Assembly: GCA_044507735.1 (NCBI GenBank)
Contig: JBIQJB010000001.1
Coordinates: forward strand, 96,001 to 160,000
Source of the DNA: Nitrosopumilales archaeon
GTDB lineage: Archaea > Thermoproteota > Nitrososphaeria > Nitrososphaerales > Nitrososphaeraceae
DNA: 64,000 bases
Direction: 5' to 3'
Below the pieces are notes generated by a model. The model worked only from the letters and a program-made list of their open reading frames with translations, did no database searches and was not told where the DNA came from. Of this stretch, positions 28,345 to 38,858 are shown in pieces. Position numbers and translations under genes: made by a program. Every line of letters starts with the position of its first letter. Position 1 is the stretch's first letter.

Positions 28345-30009
28345 ATGTCGGCGATGCGAATTCCTTTTGCTTTAGCAATAATCCTTATCGTCGGCATGGC
28401 GGTGAGTTTCGTCTCCTCTTCCTATCTATCTGCATTAGCACAGGTAGCCGAGGTTCCCGGAATGCGACCGGACGTCGTTTACGGTGAGGCTAAGCGCAAC
28501 GTTATTTTGACATTCTATATAGGCCAAAACGACACTGCACGGCTGCTGGAAATCCTTGACGTCCTGCAGGAAGGCAACGTCAGCAAAGCAATATTTTTCA
28601 TGCAACCCAGCTTTGTGGAGAACAACGCCACTCTTGCTACTGCAGTGGGACAGAGTGGATATTCCGTTCTCCCGTGGCGCGATATAGGTCACTACGACCC
28701 TGCTCATCCCCCGACAGAATTTGAAGGCATCCTGCTCTCAGACAGAGATATCCTTGGTAGGACCGCCAAGATAGCCGATGTCATGGCGTTCTACAACGTT
28801 GCGTTGCACTCTACAAACTCTAGCACAATCGCGTTCACGCCAAGCACAACTGGCTTTAATGCGTCAACCAGTATTGCGGTGCTTGAGGAGTTGCTGGAAA
28901 ATGCAGGCAGGACGCTTGCATTTGTCGGCGATGGCGGAACCAACATAATTTCCCCGCCAATTCCTATGCTAGTTGGCCAGGCAGAAAATCTGACGACGAG
29001 CGCTATTGGGGTTAACACGACTGATAGGATTGTGGTGGCAGATGGTGAATGGAACATGCAGAACCTGCAACAGAGGTATCCGCAGGACATAAGCGTAATC
29101 CAGACCCATTTTGGTACAAGTTATTTGATTGATACTACTTTGGTCATTGGCGAGAACGCGCGTTTGGACATTTCTGGCGAAAATGTTCTGATAGCGTCGC
29201 CGGTCCAGGACAGCGACAGAAGATTGGAGATAGCAGGAAACGCTTCCATAGTCAATTCAAATGTCTCTTCATGGGATACAGTACAGAACACTCAAGACCT
29301 AAACCCGTATCATCAGCGACCTTTTATTCTGGTAAATGGCGGCCAAGTTGAAATCAGAAACTCGACCATAAGCCACCTTGGCTTTCCGCTAGCCGGTCTG
29401 AGCGAGAATAGGAACGCAAGAGCTGCTCTGATGTTTCTTGAAAGCGGCAACTTTACAATTGCTAATTCTACCATTGCATTCAACTTTGACGGGATCTATG
29501 CAAGGAACAGCAGCCATTTCCAGATCATCGGCAACGAGGTCTATGGCAATGTCCGATCAGGGATAGACATCCGGTCAGGATCGAACAACTTTGTTATCCG
29601 CAACAACTACGTGCATGACAACGGCTATGAAGGTATGATCTGTACGGAATGCACGGGTGGAGTACTTATGGAAAGCAACAATGTCGCGCACAATGAAGAG
29701 ACGGGAATAAAGCTGTTTTCACACACCAACTCTACTACGGTTTCGCACAACGACCTCAGATACAACGAAAAGTTCGGCGTCTACCTTCGAAACAACAGCA
29801 CAGGCAATGTGATCAGCAACAATACCGTGGTTGGAAGTGAAGAAGGGATAACACTTACCGGCTCCTCAACCGGTAACACGATTGCAGACAACAACTTGAT
29901 GGCTAACGGTGTGGCAATAGAATCGGACGATACAAGCCAATCAAACGTGTTCAGGAACAACAGGATAACGAGCACAACTCTGATAACGAACACAACTCTG
30001 ACTCGATAG
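28345..30009 (+). CDS. Exported protein: degenerate polysaccharide-deacetylase-like domain plus right-handed beta-helix
   Basis: Signal peptide; VILTF..LDVL..AIFF; C-terminal repeats (I.NN.V..N...GI). Confidence 0.8.
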   Translation: MSAMRIPFALAIILIVGMAVSFVSSSYLSALAQVAEVPGMRPDVVYGEAKRNVILTFYIGQNDTARLLEILDVLQEGNVSKAIFFMQPSFVENNATLATAVGQSGYSVLPWRDIGHYDPAHPPTEFEGILLSDRDILGRTAKIADVMAFYNVALHSTNSSTIAFTPSTTGFNASTSIAVLEELLENAGRTLAFVGDGGTNIISPPIPMLVGQAENLTTSAIGVNTTDRIVVADGEWNMQNLQQRYPQDISVIQTHFGTSYLIDTTLVIGENARLDISGENVLIASPVQDSDRRLEIAGNASIVNSNVSSWDTVQNTQDLNPYHQRPFILVNGGQVEIRNSTISHLGFPLAGLSENRNARAALMFLESGNFTIANSTIAFNFDGIYARNSSHFQIIGNEVYGNVRSGIDIRSGSNNFVIRNNYVHDNGYEGMICTECTGGVLMESNNVAHNEETGIKLFSHTNSTTVSHNDLRYNEKFGVYLRNNSTGNVISNNTVVGSEEGITLTGSSTGNTIADNNLMANGVAIESDDTSQSNVFRNNRITSTTLITNTTLTR

Positions 30010-30010
30010 G

Positions 30011-30397
30011 TTAGACTTGGTGCCTCATTGCGCAGTGCTCTGCCATACACTCCCTAGAACAGAACTCAAAACTGCAGCCGTCATGGCTGCAGGGCACAGG
30101 TTCTGAGTGGTTGAACTTCATGTTGCAATAGGTGCACACCGTTTCGAGTTCCGGGAAGTCGCGATTGAGGAACTGCTCGCACGACCTCTTTTCTCTGAAC
30201 CAGAGCACCTCAAGGTTCAACTTTTCGGCGTGTGTCAGGACCGTGTCATAGGCCTCGTAGTATCCTGGAGCGTAAAACTGGCGCATGAAAATAGATCCGC
30301 CGACATGCTTTTTGGAATTTGGGTTCCTATAAGCTACCAACCACTTTTCAAGTGGTAATTCGTCGCCAGACGCCACCTTTTTTCTGCTGCCCTTCAC
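30011..30397 (-). CDS. Hypothetical protein with C-terminal Cys cluster
   Basis: CTYC..CSHDGC..FCSREC..H putative Zn finger. Confidence 0.65.
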   Translation of the reverse strand: MKGSRKKVASGDELPLEKWLVAYRNPNSKKHVGGSIFMRQFYAPGYYEAYDTVLTHAEKLNLEVLWFREKRSCEQFLNRDFPELETVCTYCNMKFNHSEPVPCSHDGCSFEFCSRECMAEHCAMRHQV

Positions 30398-30422
30398 TAC
30401 GTTTCTTCGTGCAATCGCAAGT

Positions 30423-31907
30423 TTAATTCCTTGCTGCCAGAAGGGCGTTCTGCATGTATTGGCGGAGCTCCGACGCCTTCACCCTCTCCTGTTGCATCGT
30501 ATCGCGGTGTCTAACTGTAACAGTGTCGTCCTGCATGGTGGTGTGGTCTACCGTGACCGCAAACGGGGCGCCCACCTCTTCCAGCCTCCGGTAGCGGCGC
30601 CCTATCGACCCAGATTCGTCATAGAAGGTGTCAAAGTCATATTTCAGATCAGAATGGATCTTGCGGGCCTTCTGGTCCAACCCGTCCTTTGTCACTAGCG
30701 GCAGTATCCCGACAAGCACAGGCGCAAGGTATGGCTTTAATCGGAGGACTACTCTATCGTCGTGCTGTTCGTCCTCGTAGTAGCAGTGCTCAAGGATGGT
30801 GTAGATGCTCCTGTCGATTCCCATGGAAAGTTCAAACACATGCGGCAAGACTTTGGTCTGGTCGGCAGGGTCGACTACCTCTAGGTTCTGTTTGCTTGTG
30901 GAGGCGTGCCCCTTCAGATCATAGTCGGAACGATAGTTACACGCTACAAGCTCGAGCCATCCAATGCTCGTTTCAACTTCAAAATCAAACGCGACGGAGG
31001 CATAGAACGCCTTTTCCTCGTCTGACAGTCTGCGGAACCGGCTGCGCTTTATGTCAATGCCTGTCTTGGCATAGAATTCGGTCAAGAGAGCAAGGTAGTA
31101 GGCCACAAGCTTGTTTGGTATCAGGCCCTTGTTGATGCCTTCCTCAGCTGTGGTTTCGATGACGGAGGATCCATCATGCGACGAAATTCGCAATATGGTG
31201 CTTCTTACTTCATCGAACTTGGGCATGTCGTTCAATCTATTTGGGTTGCAGAACACCTCGATCTCGGCCTGATAGAACTCTCTTAGGCGGAGCAAGCTCT
31301 GTCTTGGCGCAATTTCGTTACGGAAGCTCTTTCCTACCTGAGCAATTCCAAGTGGCAGGCGACCACGCATCGTCTTGAAGACCCGGGCAAAATCCACAAA
31401 GATCGTTTGGCATGTTTCCGGGCGCAGGTACGCCTCTTCGGCGGCTGGGCCGATGCCAACTCGAAACATCATGTTGAACCGGCTGACATTGCCAAATTCT
31501 CCCTTGCAATTTGGACAGCGCAGGTTGTGCTTTTTTATCAGAGCATTGATTTCTTCATCAGACATTCTTTCCGGGACGTTTTCTCCGGTCTTTTCACTGA
31601 TGTGTCGGTCGGCGCGAAAGGTAGAGCCGCACTTTGTGCATTTTACGATAGGATCGGTAAAGTTGCCAATATGGCCCGAAGCAACGAATACGCTCTTGCT
31701 CATTATCTGGGAGCCGTCGATCTCCATCATGCCGTCGCGCCTTACCAACTCGCGCCGCCACAGCTCGATAAACTTGTTCTTCATGTTGACGCCGGCAGGC
31801 CCGTATTCCCAAAATCCGGCAGGGGCATCAGAGTAAATCTCACAACTCGGAAAGTAGAATCCTCTTGCAAGGGCGAGTTTCATTACCTCGTCATAATTTG
31901 TAACCAT
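30423..31907 (-). CDS. glyS: Glycine--tRNA ligase (archaeal/eukaryotic type)
   Basis: YLRPETCQ, GKSFRNEIAPRQ, PHVFELSMGIDR, SIGRRYRR. Confidence 0.97.
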   Translation of the reverse strand: MVTNYDEVMKLALARGFYFPSCEIYSDAPAGFWEYGPAGVNMKNKFIELWRRELVRRDGMMEIDGSQIMSKSVFVASGHIGNFTDPIVKCTKCGSTFRADRHISEKTGENVPERMSDEEINALIKKHNLRCPNCKGEFGNVSRFNMMFRVGIGPAAEEAYLRPETCQTIFVDFARVFKTMRGRLPLGIAQVGKSFRNEIAPRQSLLRLREFYQAEIEVFCNPNRLNDMPKFDEVRSTILRISSHDGSSVIETTAEEGINKGLIPNKLVAYYLALLTEFYAKTGIDIKRSRFRRLSDEEKAFYASVAFDFEVETSIGWLELVACNYRSDYDLKGHASTSKQNLEVVDPADQTKVLPHVFELSMGIDRSIYTILEHCYYEDEQHDDRVVLRLKPYLAPVLVGILPLVTKDGLDQKARKIHSDLKYDFDTFYDESGSIGRRYRRLEEVGAPFAVTVDHTTMQDDTVTVRHRDTMQQERVKASELRQYMQNALLAARN

Positions 31908-32165
31908 CTGCAAGAAGCAGACGTCTGAGACATGCTTTAAGTTTATTGCCAATGTCCTATCATCACGCATGCGGGAAACTCATGACTCCTGCAGCGGATC
32001 AAGTATGCTGGTGGTTGCACGCGCGCACTGCGAGACGGAGAGAGAGGGGCTTGGCAGCCCGCAAGATGACATCGTTTTTGCCTTCTGTTTGGACTTGAGA
32101 CGTCCGAATGCGAGCGCCGCCTCAAGGGAGACATAACATTTTATCTCGGTCAAATTGTCAGATAG

Positions 32166-33353
32166 GTGTCTAGCTTGAAAGTATCTGAGAGGACACATGG
32201 CGTCGAGTACGCAATCCGCGATATCGCCACCTACGCACGAAAATATAAGGCATCCGGCAAGGAAATAATCTATCTCAACATAGGGGATCCTGTCAAGTTT
32301 GATTTCAAGACTCCAGACCACATCAAGAAGGCCCTAGTCGACGCAGTCATGCGCGACGAGAATTATTACACCGAGTCTGAGGGACTGCCAGAGCTCCGTC
32401 AGGCGATCGTAGAGAAAGAGTCCGAGAAGGGGCTGGATGTGACGCAAGAAGATGTCATTGTCACAAACGGGGTGTCCGAAGGGCTCGACATGACTATGGC
32501 ATCTATAGTAGACCCAAACAGCGAAGTTCTGATGCCTGGTCCCTACTATCCTCCATATTCGTCATATGTCAAGTTCTATGGCGGCAAGCCAGTCGAATTC
32601 AAGTTGCATCCTGATGGCAGGCCGGACCTCGAAGATCTAAGGTCAAAGATAACACCTAGGTCGCGGGCGCTGTGCATCATCAGCCCAAACAACCCTACTG
32701 GAGAGGTATTTGATAGAAAGAGCTTGCAGCAACTCGTGGATATTGCCACAGAACATGACCTCTATGTCATTTGCGACGAGATATATGATAAGATAGTTTT
32801 CGATTCCCAGTTCACTGGCATAGGCAAGGTGGCCAAGGATGCTCCTGTGATCCTGCTAAATGGTTTTTCAAAGGCATATCTGATGAGCGGATGGCGCTGC
32901 GGCTATATTGCCATGAACAGCAACTCCAAAAAGCTTGCAAGTCTGCGCGAAGACATACCAAAACTTGCTCGCGTGAGGATCGCCGCAAACCTGCCGGTGC
33001 AGATAGCTGCCGTCCAAGCACTCAAGGGTCCTCAGACACACATACCAAAGATGGTTGAAAAACTTAGGTCTAGACGCGATTATGTAGTCAAGCGACTCAA
33101 CGCAATGGGAATGCAATGCAGGCTGCCGCGTGGAGCATTCTATGTCTTCCCAAAGCTCAACCTTGGAAACAGGTGGAAAGATGACCAGCATTTTGTAATC
33201 GACCTCCTTAACAACACGGGCGTCCTGACGGTGCACGGGTCTGGCTTTGGATCGGCCTATGGCGCAGGTCATTTCAGAATAGTCTACCTGCCGCCAGAAG
33301 AGTTGTTGGAAAAGGCGATGGACAAACTGGAGAGCTTTGTGAACAGCAAGTAG
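32166..33353 (+). CDS. PLP-dependent aminotransferase class I/II
   Basis: LNIGDP, PNNPTG, DEIY, GFSKAYLMSGWRCG. Confidence 0.93.
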   Translation: MSSLKVSERTHGVEYAIRDIATYARKYKASGKEIIYLNIGDPVKFDFKTPDHIKKALVDAVMRDENYYTESEGLPELRQAIVEKESEKGLDVTQEDVIVTNGVSEGLDMTMASIVDPNSEVLMPGPYYPPYSSYVKFYGGKPVEFKLHPDGRPDLEDLRSKITPRSRALCIISPNNPTGEVFDRKSLQQLVDIATEHDLYVICDEIYDKIVFDSQFTGIGKVAKDAPVILLNGFSKAYLMSGWRCGYIAMNSNSKKLASLREDIPKLARVRIAANLPVQIAAVQALKGPQTHIPKMVEKLRSRRDYVVKRLNAMGMQCRLPRGAFYVFPKLNLGNRWKDDQHFVIDLLNNTGVLTVHGSGFGSAYGAGHFRIVYLPPEELLEKAMDKLESFVNSK

Positions 33354-33367
33354 TTCCTCTATCTTCT

Positions 33368-34843
33368 CTAGTCTTTTTTTGGCGGGCTTGTGTGGGCCAC
33401 TGCGGCGGGCGCTTCTTTTCGCCGGGTCACTGCTAATGCCAGAGCGACAGACGAGAGTGAAATCACGGCAGCCACGAGGAAGATAAGCTTGTATGCTTCT
33501 TGGGTCGGGAACTGTCCCTCCACTCCCTCTATGGTTCCCATATTCGTCTCCTGCAATATGCCTGCAGATGCCGGACCAACAGACATTCCAACCAGATTTA
33601 GTAAAAGTGTCATTCCCAAGGCTATTCCTGTCATTTGCATCGACACCGAAAGGAGAATTACATTAAACGCACCAGTGATTGAAAGCGACAACCCGGCGGC
33701 AAGTATTGTGAGCCCAGTTGAAACCATCACTTCGGTGGAGTGGAACATGAGCAGAATAAAGAAACCGACTGCACTGATTGATGTGCCAATCAGTGTAAGC
33801 TTGGTGTTCTTGATTTTCTTCAGCACAAAGCCTGACATGATTGTCCCCATGAGCAATACTATCATGAATGGCAACTGTACGCTGGCGGCTTCAACCGCAT
33901 CTCCTCCAAATCCAAGAGGTTCGGGACTCCTTACCATGACAGGGATCGTCAGGTACACCATGAAAATGGACATGAATGTAGCCATGAGAATGATTGTCGG
34001 AAGAAGGAAATTCCTGTTGCTCATTAGCCTAAAGTCCAGCAGAGGCGACCTTGCTCTTCTCTCGATGGTTGCAAATGCTGCAAGTGACGCACCTGAGGAC
34101 GCAAAGAGGATTGCGGCTTGATACCATGCGCCTTCGCTATGGGTTTCCAGGAATGTTACACCTGCCAGAAATGTAATTATCGTAGCCGCCAGAGCCAGCG
34201 TCCCCTTTACATCGACTGTTCTGTTTTCAGCCCGATTGTTGTCATAATGGTTTGATGTCGAACTTGGTATGTGAACAAATTTTACTATTATGAACCATAG
34301 CACTATTGCCGCAGGAAGTATCGCCAAGAATGTTGCCTGCCATCCAAAGTACTGGATAATTGCTGCACCTCCTAGCAAGCCTACAACAGCTCCTCCTGAA
34401 AAAGTTGAGCTGAATATGGTCTGGCCTATAGCTAGCTTGTTCTCGGGAAAAACCTCTCTTATGATTCCAAATGCGATGGGGAACATGGCCATGCCAATGC
34501 CCTGCGCAGCCCTGGCAGCTAACATAAATTCGAAGTTTGTGGCAACTCGTCCCGCAAGGATGCCAACCGTGTAGGCCGCCATCACTATGAGCAGAATCTT
34601 TTTCTTGCCATAGATATCCGACAGTCGGCCGCCAATTGGCGTCATCACTGCTGCCGCGATTATGTAGGCAGAGAGCAGCCATGACGACATACTATATGAT
34701 ATGTTGAACTCGCGGATGAAATCCGGGATAGCCGGCAAAATCATCGTCTCGTCAAACATCACAATCAGTCCAAGACAGCTCAGAATGATGAGCGTTCTCC
34801 ATACAGATCGATTGGTCATACCCTGTTTCTCTATTCTATCCAC
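33368..34843 (-). CDS. MFS transporter (DHA2-like)
   Basis: GRLSDIYGKK motif A, ARAAQGIG, many TM helices. Confidence 0.92.
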   Translation of the reverse strand: MDRIEKQGMTNRSVWRTLIILSCLGLIVMFDETMILPAIPDFIREFNISYSMSSWLLSAYIIAAAVMTPIGGRLSDIYGKKKILLIVMAAYTVGILAGRVATNFEFMLAARAAQGIGMAMFPIAFGIIREVFPENKLAIGQTIFSSTFSGGAVVGLLGGAAIIQYFGWQATFLAILPAAIVLWFIIVKFVHIPSSTSNHYDNNRAENRTVDVKGTLALAATIITFLAGVTFLETHSEGAWYQAAILFASSGASLAAFATIERRARSPLLDFRLMSNRNFLLPTIILMATFMSIFMVYLTIPVMVRSPEPLGFGGDAVEAASVQLPFMIVLLMGTIMSGFVLKKIKNTKLTLIGTSISAVGFFILLMFHSTEVMVSTGLTILAAGLSLSITGAFNVILLSVSMQMTGIALGMTLLLNLVGMSVGPASAGILQETNMGTIEGVEGQFPTQEAYKLIFLVAAVISLSSVALALAVTRRKEAPAAVAHTSPPKKD

Positions 34844-35391
34844 AGACCATCAACTAGTCCCGTTCTGAAATTCCGCGAAATAGCTCCCGCGGAATTCGAA
34901 AGAAACTCACAACCAGTTCTACAGTCTGGCCCAACTAATAAATCCAGTAGTAGTGCATTACTGACTGGTCAGAACTGCCTGTGTATTAGCAAGAGCCTTC
35001 TTGCTAAAGCCGTGGCGACAGCTCCCATCGCTTTCACTTGGTCAAGCCTCTTGCTGAAGCCCCGTTTATGATTCTGCCATGACTTTCCAATATTCGGCGT
35101 TCAGCAAAAAATTCCAGATGCACGCTGAAGGGGTCAAGAAAGTATAGTACTTGCACATACATGCATGTCATTCTGGCCACCTAACCGTCGCCCCATGATC
35201 TTCCCAAGGTATTCGTTGGCCAGGACCCAGAATTTGTGCTTGCACAAAGATACAACCGTTCAGCAATGAACAGAGCTCAAGACACCTGCGGAATGTCTGA
35301 ATATTGGTCTGCCGTTCGGAGATAGGAAGTGCCCAACCGGGAGAGCCCGATCTGAGTTCCTGCGTCTAAGCGGTGAAAGAAACGAATCACG

Positions 35392-35820
35392 CTATAGTTC
35401 GGGGATTACGCCTACTCCTCTGAAAAGCCTCTTTGCTTCGTCTATTGACAGATCTGCGCTTGGAAGAATGATGTCTGATTTGATTATTTCATTTGAGCTT
35501 AACTGTCTGCCGTTTTTCATTACTACCTCGCTTAACTCTGTCAGCTTTCTTCTAAATTCGACATCGTCAGAACGCTCTGTACGCACCAGCTCTACAATTT
35601 CACTATCAATATCGCTGAGCTTCTTGAGCGTCCGTGCATCCACGGAGTATTGACCCTGACCCATTATCCTGATGATCCTACTTCCTGGTCTTTTCCCTTT
35701 TGCTGCGGCCGGAGCATTCTTCTTTGTGGATGGCTTGCGCTTAGGTGCTGCTCTCTTGGGACGCACCTTCCTCCTAAGCTTAACTGCGGATCTGCCCTTC
35801 ACCTTTGCTTTTCTGCTCAT
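35392..35820 (-). CDS. PspA-associated (PspAA-like) protein with basic N-terminal tail
   Basis: IIRIMGQGQY...SDIILP.ADLSIDE...GVIP motif set. Confidence 0.7.
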   Translation of the reverse strand: MSRKAKVKGRSAVKLRRKVRPKRAAPKRKPSTKKNAPAAAKGKRPGSRIIRIMGQGQYSVDARTLKKLSDIDSEIVELVRTERSDDVEFRRKLTELSEVVMKNGRQLSSNEIIKSDIILPSADLSIDEAKRLFRGVGVIPEL

Positions 35821-35983
35821 TGTTGTGCCTCTCGCTCCGGCTCCCGTTCATCTTACACGCCTTCCCCGAGATTAACTTTGCTAATTGTGCTTGTAAATTG
35901 TCTTGTATTGTAAGTTTTGCTAATCGTGTCACAAATATTGATAAAAAATGAACTAAAGTTTTAAAATATTGGACTCAGTTGCT

Positions 35984-36304
35984 CTAGCGGTTCATCCGTC
36001 TCCACTCGTGTTCGTCCGGCGGCCCATAGTCTTCCTTTTTTCTGAAAAAGCCCCAGTAAAGCAAGATGCCTCCAATAACAATCATTGCTATCGCGAATTT
36101 TTCATTCGTCACTTGATTGTTGACAAAATTGTCCAGAAACAGCTGCCCGGGATCGCTCACCAAGCCGGCAGAATGGTCAATGTAAAAGAGCAAAAAGTTT
36201 CTGATAAGTATGATCGCGGCGCTTACCATGAATAGGACGCCCATTGCGGACATCCAGTTTCTCCCTCTCTTTGGCCCGCCACCTATCTCTTCCTTCCACC
36301 TCAT
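35984..36304 (-). CDS. Small membrane protein
   Basis: Two hydrophobic helices, charged termini. Confidence 0.65.
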   Translation of the reverse strand: MRWKEEIGGGPKRGRNWMSAMGVLFMVSAAIILIRNFLLFYIDHSAGLVSDPGQLFLDNFVNNQVTNEKFAIAMIVIGGILLYWGFFRKKEDYGPPDEHEWRRMNR

Positions 36305-36362
36305 ATGGTAACATTGTTGTAGAGAAAGGTATTGCTGATAATGTTTGCGTTCGCCTTTGTGT

Positions 36363-37034
36363 TCAGGTCAGCTTTACGCCGGGGTTCTTCAACTTGTTCC
36401 TCCTTGCTGCATTTAAGAGCATTGGGGTCAATATTTCGGCTTGATATGTGAGGGCAAGCGGTCCTAAGTAGACCTGGCGCAGGCCAGAGATCTCTGAAAC
36501 AAGTTCTGCCAGCTTTGCAATGACAGCCGGATCGTCGCCGCAAACAAATGTGTCAGCGTCGAGGCTATGGCCAACGTTTTTTAGTTTCACTTCTGATATG
36601 GTGTGAAAAGCAGAAACTACTCTGGATCTCGGCGGCAGCCTGTCAGCGACCATTTCAGCAGCTTGCATCTTGCCCTGATCAATTGGGATATAGACAAAGC
36701 CTGCCTCGGTCTTAGCCATAGGTACTATTGGGGAGACTACGACACAATCGTCACGGATCTTACCGGCCAGCCTGCTGCATGTGTCGTCGATAGTCTCGTA
36801 CGGTATCGAAAGTATCAGGACGTCGACGTCTTTTCCAAGGGCAATGTTGTCATCGCCGGTTATGCTGCCTTCGATTGTCCCAAAGGCTGCCCGGGCCGCC
36901 TGGTTATATTTCTCTGCAGCCTCCTTCGCCTTCTGGACATCTCTAGATCCAACAATCACATCGTGTTTCTTGCACCAGCGGAGTGCAAAACCTTCCCCCA
37001 TTCCGCCAGTGCCGCCCACTATGCCTATCCGCAT
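36363..37034 (-). CDS. npdG: NADPH-dependent F420 reductase
   Basis: IGIVGGTGGMG, VGSRD, VVSAFH, VCGDD motifs. Confidence 0.88.
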   Translation of the reverse strand: MRIGIVGGTGGMGEGFALRWCKKHDVIVGSRDVQKAKEAAEKYNQAARAAFGTIEGSITGDDNIALGKDVDVLILSIPYETIDDTCSRLAGKIRDDCVVVSPIVPMAKTEAGFVYIPIDQGKMQAAEMVADRLPPRSRVVSAFHTISEVKLKNVGHSLDADTFVCGDDPAVIAKLAELVSEISGLRQVYLGPLALTYQAEILTPMLLNAARRNKLKNPGVKLT

Positions 37035-37385
37035 ATACAGTGCCACCCACGTGTATTCACGATATTAATGTTGCATCGCCTTGTCTTTTCTCTCCCAGCC
37101 TTTTTCTCCTTGAGTCCTCTTCCAATCCATTGCTTTGCAGAAGTAGAATCGGCGCAACTGCCATGACTGTTATGACTGCCACAACCATCATCGTAGATAG
37201 CATAGTCTGGAACGACTTGACTGCGCCACATAAGTCACTCTCTTTGGGTGCGCCAGTCTGCCATGGGTGACGTGTCGAAAGAGAAGTGCTCATCTTGGGA
37301 CAGGTTGGCCACGAAGCGCCGGCTTTGAGGCCGACCGTGCAACAATGGACATACAGCTAAAAATTATTAAGTGATTCGTCGTGCA

Positions 37386-38021
37386 ATGGTTGAGCAATTG
37401 CCCCTAGTCATATTCATGCGGCACGGTCAAGCAGAAAATAACGTGAGCAGAACGCTAGTCGGGCGGCATATCGAGTCGCACCTTACAGAGCAGGGCAGGA
37501 ATCAGGTAATTGATACCGCCAAACAGCTGAGAAACATCCGGATAGACAAGATCTATGCATCACCTGTGATAAGAACAAGGGAAACAGCGCAAATCGTCGG
37601 CAGTGTACTTGGCATGGACTATGAAGTTGACGAGCGCCTGTACGAAATAGAACTGGGCAAACTCGTTGGCATGAACTATGAAGAGGTGACCACGAAATAC
37701 GGTGACCTTTTCTTAAGGTTCTATTCAGAACACGATCCCGTACTGGACAGTTTCGGAGTTGAGCCATTCTCCGCGGTCAAGCGGCGGGTAAAGAGCCTGC
37801 TCGAGGATGTCTTGCAGAAGCATGAGGACAACAACGTGCTGATGGTCACGCACCTTGATCCCATCAAGGCTGCACTTGCCACACTACTTGACCTAAAAGC
37901 AGAAGCACTGTACAAGTGGCACATACGTAATGCATCGCTTACGGTGCTCAAGCATGAAAGCAAGGTATTTTCTCTTTCAGGCGTAAACGTGATGGCGATA
38001 CACAGGTACCCAAACGAGTAA
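37386..38021 (+). CDS. Histidine phosphatase (phosphoglycerate mutase family)
   Basis: MRHGQA..N, SPVIRTRETA, LYEIELG, VTH. Confidence 0.9.
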   Translation: MVEQLPLVIFMRHGQAENNVSRTLVGRHIESHLTEQGRNQVIDTAKQLRNIRIDKIYASPVIRTRETAQIVGSVLGMDYEVDERLYEIELGKLVGMNYEEVTTKYGDLFLRFYSEHDPVLDSFGVEPFSAVKRRVKSLLEDVLQKHEDNNVLMVTHLDPIKAALATLLDLKAEALYKWHIRNASLTVLKHESKVFSLSGVNVMAIHRYPNE

Positions 38022-38084
38022 GCCAAAACATTAAATAAGATTGGGAAACTGACTGATGATAGAAAAAAGGGGACGGGATAGAGA

Positions 38085-38363
38085 TTGCTTTCAAATTCCG
38101 CGATAGTTTTATTCCTGATTCCTGTTGTGGCTGCAACTCTTTTGGGCGTTGAATCAGCGTTTGCGCAACAAACCACCGACCAATACATAATTCACAGGAT
38201 AGAGATCTGGTCACTGTTCTACAGGGACATGGTTGTCGCCTTTGTAATAGGCGCAGTCGTCATGGGAACCATGTTCTATGTGGTATGGCGATTCCGCGAA
38301 TCACATCCAAAGAACAGGGGAGACATAACCCCTGCAAGGACAGAAGGAGGTGCACACCACTAG
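38085..38363 (+). CDS. Heme-copper oxidase subunit II N-terminal (TM) part
   Basis: Signal-like segment, TM helix, VWRFRESHP; abuts the CuA-domain gene. Confidence 0.75.
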   Translation: MLSNSAIVLFLIPVVAATLLGVESAFAQQTTDQYIIHRIEIWSLFYRDMVVAFVIGAVVMGTMFYVVWRFRESHPKNRGDITPARTEGGAHH

Positions 38364-38858
38364 ATGGGTCACGCAACTTTGGAATGGGTCTACGTTGGAG
38401 TCGTCATCGCGACCTTGGTCTACATTGGCGCCGACGCGTGGAACATTGAAAGAATTTTGGAGCACGCACCAGAGGATTCTGAAGTCATCAGGGTAACTGG
38501 ACAGCAGTGGTTCTGGACTTTTGAACATGAAGATGGGACAAGAGAGATAGGCGAACTCCATCTGGTGAAAGGCAAACCTTACAGATTTGAGGTTACATCG
38601 CTGGACGTGATACACGCGTTCAACATCCCAGACTTCACCACAATGATAGATGCAGTACCTGGTAGGGTCAACACCGTGTGGCTTGTTCCCGATCAAGCAG
38701 GCCAATTCCTTATACAGTGTAGGGAATACTGCGGGTTCTCCCACTACCAAATGAGAGCGACTCTCATAGTTGAAGAGCCAGGTTCTGGGGGCGCTAATGT
38801 CACCAACGCAGCAGCAGACTTGACGGAAAGCAAAGGCGCAATTGCTGTTGCGAGCTAA
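38364..38858 (+). CDS. coxB: Heme-copper oxidase subunit II (CuA domain)
   Basis: GQQWFW, DVIHAF, CREYCGFSHYQM CuA motif. Confidence 0.93.
   Translation: MGHATLEWVYVGVVIATLVYIGADAWNIERILEHAPEDSEVIRVTGQQWFWTFEHEDGTREIGELHLVKGKPYRFEVTSLDVIHAFNIPDFTTMIDAVPGRVNTVWLVPDQAGQFLIQCREYCGFSHYQMRATLIVEEPGSGGANVTNAAADLTESKGAIAVAS

Noticed and set aside
38085-38858. Split coxB as a nonsense mutation
   Set aside because: A two-gene subunit II is, as I recall, the normal AOA arrangement; stop and start abut cleanly
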